Under the pieces are notes generated by a model. The model searched no databases. It was not told where the DNA came from and saw nothing but the letters and a program-made list of their open reading frames with translations. DNA of 44,362 nt from Armatimonadota bacterium (GTDB lineage Bacteria > Armatimonadota > UBA10988). The translations under genes were made by a program, and so were the position numbers. Of this stretch, positions 26,785-35,316 are shown piece after piece (within the stretch, counting starts at the first letter, position 1; each line of letters begins with the position of its first letter). The stretch lies in NCBI GenBank assembly GCA_016235455.1, contig JACRKZ010000006.1, positions 1-44,362 of the forward strand, read 5' to 3'.

Positions 26785-27363
26785 ATGAGTATCGCCGACC
26801 TGGCCGCCGCCCTGATCGGGCTGCGGGAGAGTACCAATCGCGACCACCAGCGCGTCACCGGCAGCGTGGACGAGTTGCGCGCGACCGTGACCTCGCTGCG
26901 CGAGGAGACCGACGAGCGCGTCGACCGCCGCCTGGCGGCCTCGGCGCAGTCGCTGCGCGATCTGGACCGGCGACTCGAGAACGATTACGAGCGGCGCTAC
27001 GACGCGGTGCTGACCGCGCTTCTGGAGGTGACCGAGCGCCTCACCCAACTGGCCGAGGGCGCCGATGGCAGCGCCGACCCGGCCGAACTCTCGGCGCGAC
27101 TGGCCTCGCTCAGCGCGCCGCGGGATCGCTTGCGCCGCATCGTCGAGGATGCGGGTATCCGGCAGTTCACCTGCGAGGGTGAGCCCTATGACCCCCTACG
27201 GCACGAGGTCGTTCAGCGCGAGTTCGTGCCCGACTGCACCCACGAGTACGTGAAGACCGAGCTTCGGCCCGGCTACGTGCGCGAGGGACTGGACCATACC
27301 CTTGTGCGGGCCAAGGTGATCGTGGCCGCGCCACCCATCATGGAGGGCAGCGCCGATGGCTAA
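26785..27363 (+). CDS. grpE: GrpE-like nucleotide exchange factor
   Basis: Long N-terminal coiled coil and GrpE beta-domain signature GEPYDPLRHEVV...VKTELRPGY...LVRAKVIV. Overlaps the Hsp70 start. A paralog rather than the housekeeping copy. Confidence 0.85.
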   Translation: MSIADLAAALIGLRESTNRDHQRVTGSVDELRATVTSLREETDERVDRRLAASAQSLRDLDRRLENDYERRYDAVLTALLEVTERLTQLAEGADGSADPAELSARLASLSAPRDRLRRIVEDAGIRQFTCEGEPYDPLRHEVVQREFVPDCTHEYVKTELRPGYVREGLDHTLVRAKVIVAAPPIMEGSADG

Positions 27364-29215
27364 TTACGTCGGCATCGACTTTGGCACCACCAACAGCGTC
27401 GTCGCGCGGCTCGTCGAGGAGCCGACTCGCGTCGACATTCAGGTGGTGAACAACAACCTGGGCTCCGATCGCACGCCTTCGGCCGTGGCGGTCTCGGCGC
27501 AGCAGACCGAGTGGCTTTTTGGCCAGGCCGCCAAGGAGGCCAACACACCCCACAAGGTGCTCTCGGTCAAGCGCATCCTGGGCACGGATCAGCAGGTCGA
27601 GCTGGGTGGTCGCTCCTTCCGCACGGAAGCCGTGGCCAGCCTGCTCATGCGCTATCTGATCACCCAGGCCCAGAAACGCGTGGGCGAACCCATCGACTCG
27701 GCGGTCATCACGGTGCCGGCCAACTCCAAGGGTCTGCAGCGCAACGCCACCAAGTTGGCCGCCACCACCGCCGGTGTGCGCGTGCTCAACCTGATCAACG
27801 AGCCCACCGCCGCGGCCATGGCCTACGGGTTGGGCAAGTCATCGGCGGGGCGCAGCCTGCGCGTGCTGGTCTACGACTTCGGCGGCGGCACGTTCGACGT
27901 GACTCTGCTGCGCGCGCACCATGGCATCTTCGAGGAGGTCGCCAGCCGCGGCCTGCGCCGCTGCGGCGGTGACGACCTCGACGCGGCCCTGGCCGACCAG
28001 TTGCGTGCCGGCGTGCTGGCCGAACATGCTGAGGCCCTGCACCAGGCTTACCCCGACCTGCGCTTGCGCCTGGCCTGCGAGCAGGCCAAAATCGCGCTCA
28101 GCGATGCCGACGACGCACGCATCGACGTGGAGGAACTGCTCCCCGGCGTGAACGTGCATGAAGGCATCGACCGCGCCTCGTTCATCGACCTCATCCGGCC
28201 GATCATCGAGCGCACGGCCGAGCCGGTGAAGGAAGTGCTCGACGGCGCCGGCCTGGCCGCGTCGGATCTCGACCATGTGCTGCTCGTCGGTGGTACCAGC
28301 CGCGTGCCGTTCGTGCGCGAGTTCGTGGAGAACCTGCTGGGTTGCGCGGCGGAGCCGTTCGACCAGATCGACCCGATGACCTGCGTGGCCCAGGGCGCCG
28401 CCATCGTCTCGGGCATCCTGCAGGGCGCGCCGCACATGGAAGACTACGACTACCAGGTCTGTCTGGAGCACTCGCTCTGCACCGACCCGGTGGACGTCAT
28501 GACCGGGCGCAAGTACCTCGAGCCGCTCATCGAGCACGGCACGAAGATCCCCAACCAGAACACCAGCGTCTACCTGCCGGTGGTCGACTTCGCCAAGGAA
28601 GTCGTGGTCAACATCTATGAGGGCAACGTCTACGACGACCCGCTAGATGAGGAGAACGTCCGCATCGGCGAGGTCCGCGTCAAGCTCGACCCGCCGCGGC
28701 CCGCCGAGCAATGCCCGGTGCAGGTGCAGTTCGAGTACTCCGAGGACGGCATCATCACCGCGCGCGGCAAAGACCTGACCCAGAACCGCACCTTCGCTCG
28801 CGTCATCGACTTCTCCACCGGCCACCTCAAGGAAGAAGAGGTCCGCACCGTTCGCGCGCTGCTGACCAAGGTCTTCGGCGAGGAGCCGCCGCTGGTGCTG
28901 CCGACCGCCGCCGAAGCCGAGGCCGCTGCCGAAGCGGCGGGCGCCGCCGAGGCACCGAGCGCCGTGCCGACCGCGACGGCCACGCTGGCTGGACCCGCCG
29001 CCGACGCGCCGGCCGAGGTCCGCGATGCCTATGCCCGCCTGGCCAGCGCCGACAAGGTGCTGCGCGAGCTGGGCAACAGCGCCGAAGCCGGTCAGTTGCG
29101 CGCGCTGCGCAACCGCCTGGCGGCCGCGTTGGAGGGCATCACGCCGCTGGCCGAGGTGGTGGAACTGGACAAGCAGTTGGCCGCGGAGCTGATGTTCTTC
29201 GACTACCTGCTCTAG
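27356..29215 (+). CDS. Specialised Hsp70/DnaK-family protein (619 aa)
   Basis: GIDFGTTNS, SVKRILG, VITVPA, INEPTAAAMAYG, VYDFGGGTFDV, GGDDLD, LLVGGTSRVP, DPMTCVAQGAA; beta-SBD recognisable; divergent linker and lid. Confidence 0.93.
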   Translation: MANYVGIDFGTTNSVVARLVEEPTRVDIQVVNNNLGSDRTPSAVAVSAQQTEWLFGQAAKEANTPHKVLSVKRILGTDQQVELGGRSFRTEAVASLLMRYLITQAQKRVGEPIDSAVITVPANSKGLQRNATKLAATTAGVRVLNLINEPTAAAMAYGLGKSSAGRSLRVLVYDFGGGTFDVTLLRAHHGIFEEVASRGLRRCGGDDLDAALADQLRAGVLAEHAEALHQAYPDLRLRLACEQAKIALSDADDARIDVEELLPGVNVHEGIDRASFIDLIRPIIERTAEPVKEVLDGAGLAASDLDHVLLVGGTSRVPFVREFVENLLGCAAEPFDQIDPMTCVAQGAAIVSGILQGAPHMEDYDYQVCLEHSLCTDPVDVMTGRKYLEPLIEHGTKIPNQNTSVYLPVVDFAKEVVVNIYEGNVYDDPLDEENVRIGEVRVKLDPPRPAEQCPVQVQFEYSEDGIITARGKDLTQNRTFARVIDFSTGHLKEEEVRTVRALLTKVFGEEPPLVLPTAAEAEAAAEAAGAAEAPSAVPTATATLAGPAADAPAEVRDAYARLASADKVLRELGNSAEAGQLRALRNRLAAALEGITPLAEVVELDKQLAAELMFFDYLL

Positions 29216-29224
29216 GCGCGTGCC

Positions 29225-29902
29225 ATGGCCGACTGGCGTGACCAACTGGCGGAATTGGAGGCGGCGCTGGGCGACGTGGGGCAGTTGACCTGCCCGGTCT
29301 GTCGCCTGGCGCAGCCGGCCGAGTCCGCCACTTGCGAACGCTGCGGCGCCGACCTGGCGCTGCTGGCCGGCGTGCTGGCCGAGGCCGCGCGCAGCAAGAT
29401 CGAGCTCTACCAGGCCATCGCCCGCGGTGATGCCGTGGCCGCGTTGGGTGAACTCGATGCCACGGCCCAGCTCACCGGGCCCAGCCTGGAACTGGCGGTG
29501 CTGCGGCGGCTGCTGCGGCACGGCACAGTGCCGCTGGAAGTGCTTGGCGACCTGGCGCCGACGCCCGATGACGATGCGGAGCCGATGGCCGTCTATGCGG
29601 TCGCACCGGCCCCCGGCGACGAACTCCTGCCCGACCTCGACGCCGACCCGGAGCGAGCCGCCTTCGCCGGGCTGTGGCCTGCGGCCGAAGCCGATCTGGA
29701 GCCGATGCCCGACATCGAGCCTGAGGGACACAACCACCACCCCGCACCTGAGCCGGCCACGCCGCCGCCGCCGACACCGCCGCCGCCAGTGGTTGTGCCG
29801 TCCGCGCCCGTTCTGCCTGGCGCCGTGGTGTGGATCATGGTCGGCGTGGCCACCATCACACTGATCCTGGGGATTGGCATCGGCTGGATGTTGGGTTCGT
29901 GA
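29225..29902 (+). CDS. Zn-ribbon protein with acidic/Pro-rich linker and C-terminal TM anchor
   Basis: CPVC-x10-CERCGADL, a helical segment, poly-Pro run, then terminal TM AVVWIMVGVATITLILGIGIGWMLG. Confidence 0.8.
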   Translation: MADWRDQLAELEAALGDVGQLTCPVCRLAQPAESATCERCGADLALLAGVLAEAARSKIELYQAIARGDAVAALGELDATAQLTGPSLELAVLRRLLRHGTVPLEVLGDLAPTPDDDAEPMAVYAVAPAPGDELLPDLDADPERAAFAGLWPAAEADLEPMPDIEPEGHNHHPAPEPATPPPPTPPPPVVVPSAPVLPGAVVWIMVGVATITLILGIGIGWMLGS

Positions 29903-29929
29903 GGCGGCCGGCCGAGGTGACCGGTGGCG

Positions 29930-29962
29930 CCCCCCCTGTAGTCCCCCCGCGTGCGGGGGGAC
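29930..29962. repeat. Short C/G-run palindrome (REP-like hairpin)
   Basis: CCCCCCCTGTA followed by GTCCCCCCGC-GT-GCGGGGGGAC (perfect 10-bp inverted repeat), between the chaperone operon and nadD. Confidence 0.65.
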
Positions 29963-29999
29963 GCGTGTCGGGCCGAGCCGTCACCGCAGGTGCAGTGCC

Positions 30000-30602
30000 A
30001 TGACAACCCCTCGTCTCGGGCTCTTCGGCGGCACCTTCGACCCACCCCATCGCGGCCACCTGGCCTTGGCCGAGCACTGCCTGCGCGCGCTGTCGCTGGA
30101 CGCCGTGTGGTGGATTCCGTGCGGCCAGCCGGCGCTCAAGCAGCATGCGGCGGCCAGCGCCGAGCAACGCCGCGCCATGGTCGAGCTGGCCATCGCCGGT
30201 CGGCCGGAGTTCGCGCTGTGCGACGTAGAGCTGCGGCGCCAGGGGACCAGCTACACGGTCGACACGCTGGCCGAGATCGCTGACCAGCACGACCGCTTGC
30301 ACCTCTGGTGGCTCATGGGCCTCGACGCCCTGGTCGACTTCCCGCGATGGCGCGAGCCGCGGCGAATAGTTTCACTCGTGCGCCTCGCGGTCGTCGATCG
30401 GCCGGGCGACGAGTCCGACCAGGTGCGCTCCAGCCTGCCCCAGTGGCTGGCTGATCGCGTGGATTGGGTGCCTATGCCGCTGGTGGACGCCGCCTCGCGC
30501 ACCATCCGGGCCGAGTCGGCCCAAGGCCCCACGAGTCGCTTGGGCCTGCCGGACTCGGTGGCCGAGTACATCGCGAAACATCGCCTCTATACGGCTGCCT
30601 AA
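30000..30602 (+). CDS. nadD: Nicotinate-nucleotide adenylyltransferase
   Basis: GLFGGTFDPPHRGHL (HxGH), SYTVDTL, LMGLDA...FPRW, ASRTIR, VAEYIAKHRLY. Confidence 0.95.
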   Translation: MTTPRLGLFGGTFDPPHRGHLALAEHCLRALSLDAVWWIPCGQPALKQHAAASAEQRRAMVELAIAGRPEFALCDVELRRQGTSYTVDTLAEIADQHDRLHLWWLMGLDALVDFPRWREPRRIVSLVRLAVVDRPGDESDQVRSSLPQWLADRVDWVPMPLVDAASRTIRAESAQGPTSRLGLPDSVAEYIAKHRLYTAA

Positions 30603-30655
30603 CCGAGTCGGACGACGGCCCAAAGCCGTTGCCGAAGCCACTTGGATAGGGTGCC

Positions 30656-31273
30656 ATGAGCGACGACCGACGACCGTTTGACAGCGATCCCAGCCAACTC
30701 GACGTGCCCCGGTTCACCCAGCCGCAGCCCGCGCGACCAGCGCCGCCGCCACTGCTGGCCGAGCCCGCGCCGGCTCGCGGCGCGCGCCGCCGACCGGTAC
30801 GCTGGGGGCGCGTCAGCGCCGTGTTGGTCGTCCTGTGCCTGCCGCCCATGCTGCTCGGCGCGAAGAGCGCCGCCGCCAACGCCGCGAAGTCAGCCAGGTC
30901 CGAGACACCCGCCGCCGCCGCGACCAGCAGCACGACGACCGCGCCCACGGCTGCGCCGGTGGCCGCCAGCACGCATGTCACGCTGTACAACGGCACCAAC
31001 CGCACCGGCCTGGAGCAGCAGGCCACCGAGCGCCTCAAGGCGGTGGGCTACACGGTCTCGGTCGGCGCCGAGATGGCTGGCCTGACCCCGCACAGCTTCG
31101 TTTTCCATGTCGACCATCCCGATGCCGCCGCGGTCGTGGCCAGTGCGTTGGGCCTCAACGCGCCGCCGCAGGCGGTGGTGGCGGACTACCCGCCGGTGGT
31201 CGAGGCCAAGACCGGGCAGCCGACGGCGACGACCATCGAGGTCGTGGTCATTCTGGGCGAGGACTATCGCTGA
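30656..31273 (+). CDS. Membrane-anchored LytR C-terminal-domain protein
   Basis: N-terminal TM, Thr/Ala/Pro linker, VTLYNGTNRTGLEQQATERLKAVGY and terminal VVVILGEDY; no LCP catalytic domain. Confidence 0.82.
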   Translation: MSDDRRPFDSDPSQLDVPRFTQPQPARPAPPPLLAEPAPARGARRRPVRWGRVSAVLVVLCLPPMLLGAKSAAANAAKSARSETPAAAATSSTTTAPTAAPVAASTHVTLYNGTNRTGLEQQATERLKAVGYTVSVGAEMAGLTPHSFVFHVDHPDAAAVVASALGLNAPPQAVVADYPPVVEAKTGQPTATTIEVVVILGEDYR

Positions 31274-31601
31274 GCGCTCGGCGCTGCTGGGCCGCCGCGC
31301 CCACGAGAACCAGGGCCCAGAACGCGACGAGCAGCGTGCGTTGATGGTAGAGGCCCACCTGCGGCACCAGCAGCATCAGAGCCACAGCCAAGGTGCAGAG
31401 CAGCCGATCGCCGGTGGCGCTACGGGGCCGCCCCGTGTCGCGACCGGCACGCTGACTGCTCAGCACGGCAGCAATGAGCAGCGGCCCGGTCAGGGCCACC
31501 GCCACATACGCCCAGGCCGCGATCGGCGAGCGCTGTGCCATGGCCGTAATGCCGCAGCCCGCCGCGGCAGCGAAGCAGCCCATCGGTAGCAGGCGTCGCA
31601 T
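31248..31601 (-). CDS. Small multi-TM hypothetical membrane protein (117 aa)
   Basis: ATG at 31601 after GGAG, 8 nt downstream of the esterase stop; four hydrophobic segments; 26-nt tail overlap with the convergent gene. Confidence 0.55.
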   Translation of the reverse strand: MRRLLPMGCFAAAAGCGITAMAQRSPIAAWAYVAVALTGPLLIAAVLSSQRAGRDTGRPRSATGDRLLCTLAVALMLLVPQVGLYHQRTLLVAFWALVLVGAAAQQRRALSDSPRPE

Positions 31602-31608
31602 GGCTGGC

Positions 31609-32391
31609 CTACTCCGCTGGCTTGGGCTGGGCGAGCAGCAGACCTCGGAATGGGTCGCCGGGCAGCGCCTTGAGGCCAGCGACGACGCACTCGGCGTTGA
31701 GCCGGGCGCCGTCGGGCAGCGTGTGCGTGTGGTCGGTGGGGCCAAACAGCTTGGCTACGGCCGCCTCACCCAGCGCGTCGTAGCGGTCGGCGATCAGGCC
31801 GTTCAGGTCCACGAACGCCGCCTTGCTGGCCTCGGCCGCCTCCTTGGCCCACTTGCCGTAGTCGTTACTCGAACGACCGACCTTGCCGTCCTTCCACATG
31901 TTGCGCGGCACGGGTGACAGCACCACGGGCACCGCGCCCTTGGCCTGGGCCTCCTGGCAGTAGGTGCGCAGGTACCAGCCATAGCTGTGCACCGTCTCCT
32001 TGGCGCCGGTGGCGGCGTCGGTCACCTCCGCCGTCTCGTCACCGTTGCCCTTGATCGAGGCGCGCCCGCGCGGGTCGTTGAGCCCGCCGCCGTCGTTATG
32101 GCCAAACTGCATGAGCACGAAGTCGCCGGGCCGCAGCAGCTTGGCGACCTCGGCCCACAAGCCCTCACGCAGGAAGGTGCGGCTGCTGCGTCCACCGCGC
32201 GCGCGGTTGACCAGCCCGGCCTTGTCGGCGGCGACCCACGGCGGCATGGCCGTGCCCCAGCCCATCTGGCCCTTGGTGCCGTTATTGACCGTCGAGTCGC
32301 CGATGAGGTAGATGGTCGGCCTGGCCTGCGGCGCGTCTTGCGCCCAGCCGGCGCTCAGCGCCAGCAGCACGTAACACCCGATCCTGAGCAT
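31609..32391 (-). CDS. Rhamnogalacturonan acetylesterase-like SGNH/GDSL esterase (CE12), secreted
   Basis: IYLIGDSTV, GWG, NRARGGRSSRTF, QFGHNDG, DHTHT; signal peptide. Confidence 0.9.
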   Translation of the reverse strand: MLRIGCYVLLALSAGWAQDAPQARPTIYLIGDSTVNNGTKGQMGWGTAMPPWVAADKAGLVNRARGGRSSRTFLREGLWAEVAKLLRPGDFVLMQFGHNDGGGLNDPRGRASIKGNGDETAEVTDAATGAKETVHSYGWYLRTYCQEAQAKGAVPVVLSPVPRNMWKDGKVGRSSNDYGKWAKEAAEASKAAFVDLNGLIADRYDALGEAAVAKLFGPTDHTHTLPDGARLNAECVVAGLKALPGDPFRGLLLAQPKPAE

Positions 32392-32435
32392 GAGTGCGCT
32401 CCTATGATGGCAAGCATAGCATTCAGCGACGGGCA

Positions 32436-32462
32436 GGGTTTGCCCTGCACATGGGCAAACCC
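32436..32462. promoter_or_regulatory. Perfect inverted repeat GGGTTTGCCC-N7-GGGCAAACCC in a divergent promoter region (candidate operator)
   Basis: 10-bp arms at 32436-32445 and 32453-32462, between divergent carbohydrate-active genes. Confidence 0.5.
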
Positions 32463-32467
32463 CTCCT

Positions 32468-34417
32468 ATGCTCTACGCTTTGACGACATCATGGCTTCTG
32501 CTGGCGGCGATGGCCCCACCGGAAATGGTTGTGACCCGCCCGGCCGAGTTCGCCGGCGCCATCGACAACCCGCTCAAGGGTTTCCGACCCGACTGGGGCA
32601 CCGACCGGCCCTACTGCCCGCTGCATCGCCGCTACGTGCCGTGGAACGCTATCGAGCAGGGCGCCGGCGACAGTGTCGACCGCATCATCGCGCACACCAA
32701 CCGCCTCGCCGCCGGCCTGCCCGAGCGCAACATAAAGCTCGTGCCGCGGGTCTATCTGGACTGGGATGGCCGGCTCGACGATCAGGGCCGGCCCAAGCAG
32801 TACTGGCCAGCCGACCTGCACAGCTTCGACTATGAGAGCCCGGCCTTTTGGGCCCGCGTCAAAGCCCTGGTGGCCAAGCTGGGCCAGGCCTGGGACGAAG
32901 ACCCGCGCATCGCTTTCGTGCAGATGGGGCTGATCGGTTTCTGGGGCGAGATGCACAACCCCACTCCCGGCCCTGAGCAGCGACGCGTGCTGGCCGAAGC
33001 CTTTCGTGCGGCCTTCCCCCACAAACCCGTGCTGGTCCGCCAATGCTGGCCGGAGTTCACCCAGGCCGGGTTCGGCATCTACTACGACACCTTCGCCAAC
33101 GGCGGACGCGAGCCCAAACCCGGTGATACCAGCGGCGAAGTGCCCTGGCAACTGACCAACCGCAGCCCCGATTTGTGGCGTGTCGGCCCCATCGAGGGCG
33201 AGGTGGAGTACAACTGGCAAGCCGGCGACCCCGCCGCCGCGGCCAAAACGTTCGGCATCAACCCCAATGAGACGATGGTCCGTGAGCCCTATCGGCGCTA
33301 CATGATCGACAAGATCCGCCGATACCACGCCAGCTACCTCGGCTGGATCTCCGGCTTCGACGCCAAGCAACCGGATGTGGTGGCCGGCGCGGGCGAGCTG
33401 ATGAAGGTCTTCGGCTACCGCTACGTGCTCACCGAGTTCGGCTGGACGCCCGAGGTCAAGCCGGGCGGTAGCATCTCGGTCCGCCTCGACGTGCGCAACG
33501 ACGGCAGCGCACCCATGTATGCCGACTGGCCGGTGGCGCTGGCGCTGCTCGATCCGGGCACGCATCAGCCCCTCTGGCAGACCACGCTGACCCAGGCCAA
33601 CCCGCGGGCGTGGCTGCCGGGCTCCCGCTGGAACAGCGAGCGCTTCGCCTACGATGAGCCGGCCGCGACCTACCGCGTCGAAGAGACGGTCACGCTGCCC
33701 GCCAATCTGCCCGCCGGCGAGGCCGTCGTGGCCTTGGCCATCCTCGACCGCCAAGGCGGCATGGTGCCCAGCGCGCGCTTCGCGATCGCGAACTACTGGC
33801 GGGGTGGCTGGCATCCGCTGGGTCGCGTCGGCATCGGCGCGCCGCCCAAGGCCACCGCCGTCGACGCCGCCACGTTCGTCAGCCCGGCCTTCGATGACTC
33901 GCTACGCTACCAGGTGCCCCAACGGCTGCTGGACGTCAAGGAGCCGCCGGCGCTGGCCGTGACGCCAGTGACGCGGTTTACGCTGGACCCGGCCCGCGAG
34001 TGCCTCGATCCGCATCGCTACTGGCAACTCGTGGAACGAGGGCCCGATGTGGCACAGACCACGTCATTCGACGGCCCCGGTAGCGCCAAGGTCTACACCG
34101 TGCGTGGGTCGTACGGCCGAGGCACCAATCTGAGCTACTACCCGTTTAACCAGGCCAAGTTCCCGCCAGGGCGCTACCGGTTCACCGTGCGCGTGAAGGG
34201 CACGCCCGGCCAGTGGGTGACGGTGGACCTGGCCGACAACTGGCAAGGCATAACCACCTACGATCGCGTGCCGCTGACGGCGGAGTGGGTGGAGCATCGC
34301 TTGGACTGGGACGTGAAGACCGAGTTCCGCAACTACCCGCGCCTGCGCGTGACAGCGCCGGACGACGCGACCGGCGAGTTCTCGCTGTGCGACTACCACC
34401 TGGTCAAGCTGGACTGA
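32468..34417 (+). CDS. DUF4832-domain putative glycoside hydrolase with C-terminal CBM-like domain
   Basis: DNPLKGF, KLVPRVYLDW, WDEDPRIAFVQMGLIGFWGEMH, IEGEV, YHASYL, FGYRYVL, VRNDGSAPMYADW, WLPG. Confidence 0.8.
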   Translation: MLYALTTSWLLLAAMAPPEMVVTRPAEFAGAIDNPLKGFRPDWGTDRPYCPLHRRYVPWNAIEQGAGDSVDRIIAHTNRLAAGLPERNIKLVPRVYLDWDGRLDDQGRPKQYWPADLHSFDYESPAFWARVKALVAKLGQAWDEDPRIAFVQMGLIGFWGEMHNPTPGPEQRRVLAEAFRAAFPHKPVLVRQCWPEFTQAGFGIYYDTFANGGREPKPGDTSGEVPWQLTNRSPDLWRVGPIEGEVEYNWQAGDPAAAAKTFGINPNETMVREPYRRYMIDKIRRYHASYLGWISGFDAKQPDVVAGAGELMKVFGYRYVLTEFGWTPEVKPGGSISVRLDVRNDGSAPMYADWPVALALLDPGTHQPLWQTTLTQANPRAWLPGSRWNSERFAYDEPAATYRVEETVTLPANLPAGEAVVALAILDRQGGMVPSARFAIANYWRGGWHPLGRVGIGAPPKATAVDAATFVSPAFDDSLRYQVPQRLLDVKEPPALAVTPVTRFTLDPARECLDPHRYWQLVERGPDVAQTTSFDGPGSAKVYTVRGSYGRGTNLSYYPFNQAKFPPGRYRFTVRVKGTPGQWVTVDLADNWQGITTYDRVPLTAEWVEHRLDWDVKTEFRNYPRLRVTAPDDATGEFSLCDYHLVKLD

Positions 34418-34458
34418 CGCGCGGTGCTATATACTCCCGGCCACGGGAGAAGTGAGTG

Positions 34459-35316
34459 ATGGCTGCGCGGGTACTCGACGGCAAAGCGTGTGCTGCCCAA
34501 CTGCGTGAATCGGTGGCGGCGCGCCTGGCGCTGCTGGGCGAACGTGGGGTCACGGTGGGGTTTGCCGTGGTCTACGTCGGCGACGATCCGGCCTCGGGCA
34601 GCTACGTACGCAGCCTGGAGCGCGTGTTCACCAAGGCGGGCGTGAGTGTTCGCGCTGAGCTGCTGCCCGCCGACAGCTCGCCCGAGCGCGTGCGCACGCT
34701 GCTGTGCGAACTCAGCGCCGATCCCGCCATCCACGGCATCATGCTCCAGGAGCCGGTGCCCGACCAGCTCGACGCGGAAGCGCTGGCACTGTGCATCGCG
34801 CCCGAGAAGGACATCGACGGTGTCCACCCGCAGAACGCGGGCAAGCTCTTCCAGGGCCGCTCCGACGGGTTCGTGCCCGCCACGGCGCAGGGCGGCATCA
34901 TGCTGCTCGAGCGCGAAGGCGTGGAACTGAGCGGCAAGCGCGCGGTGGTCGTCGGCCGCAGTACCATTGTCGGCCGGCCCATGGCCCTGCTGTTGCTGCA
35001 CCGCCACGCCACGGTGACCATCTGCCACAGTCGCACCCGCGACCTGGCCGCGGTCTGCCGCGAAGCGGACGTGCTGGCCGTGGGCATTGGCCGCGCCGGG
35101 TTCATCACGCCCGACATGGTCAAGCCGGGCGCGGTCGTGGTCGATTTCGGCACCAACTTCGTGGGCGACCAGATGCTGGGCGATGTCGACCCGGCCGTGG
35201 CCGAGGTGGCCAGCGCGCTGTCGCCGACGCCCGGCGGGACCGGCGCCGTGACGACGGCGGTGCTGTTGGCTGGGGTGGTGACGGCGGCCGAACGACTGGC
35301 GAACCAACCCGGCTAG
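34459..35316 (+). CDS. folD: Methylenetetrahydrofolate dehydrogenase (FolD family; cyclohydrolase Lys missing)
   Basis: [65 protein letters not shown]. Confidence 0.93.
   Translation: MAARVLDGKACAAQLRESVAARLALLGERGVTVGFAVVYVGDDPASGSYVRSLERVFTKAGVSVRAELLPADSSPERVRTLLCELSADPAIHGIMLQEPVPDQLDAEALALCIAPEKDIDGVHPQNAGKLFQGRSDGFVPATAQGGIMLLEREGVELSGKRAVVVGRSTIVGRPMALLLLHRHATVTICHSRTRDLAAVCREADVLAVGIGRAGFITPDMVKPGAVVVDFGTNFVGDQMLGDVDPAVAEVASALSPTPGGTGAVTTAVLLAGVVTAAERLANQPG

Noticed and set aside
26316-29215. Calling the cluster the housekeeping dnaJ-grpE-dnaK heat-shock operon
   Set aside because: No HPD, G/F region or zinc finger in the J-like protein; the Hsp70 linker and allosteric residues are divergent; no hrcA or CIRCE (TTAGCACTC-N9-GAGTGCTAA) seen upstream.
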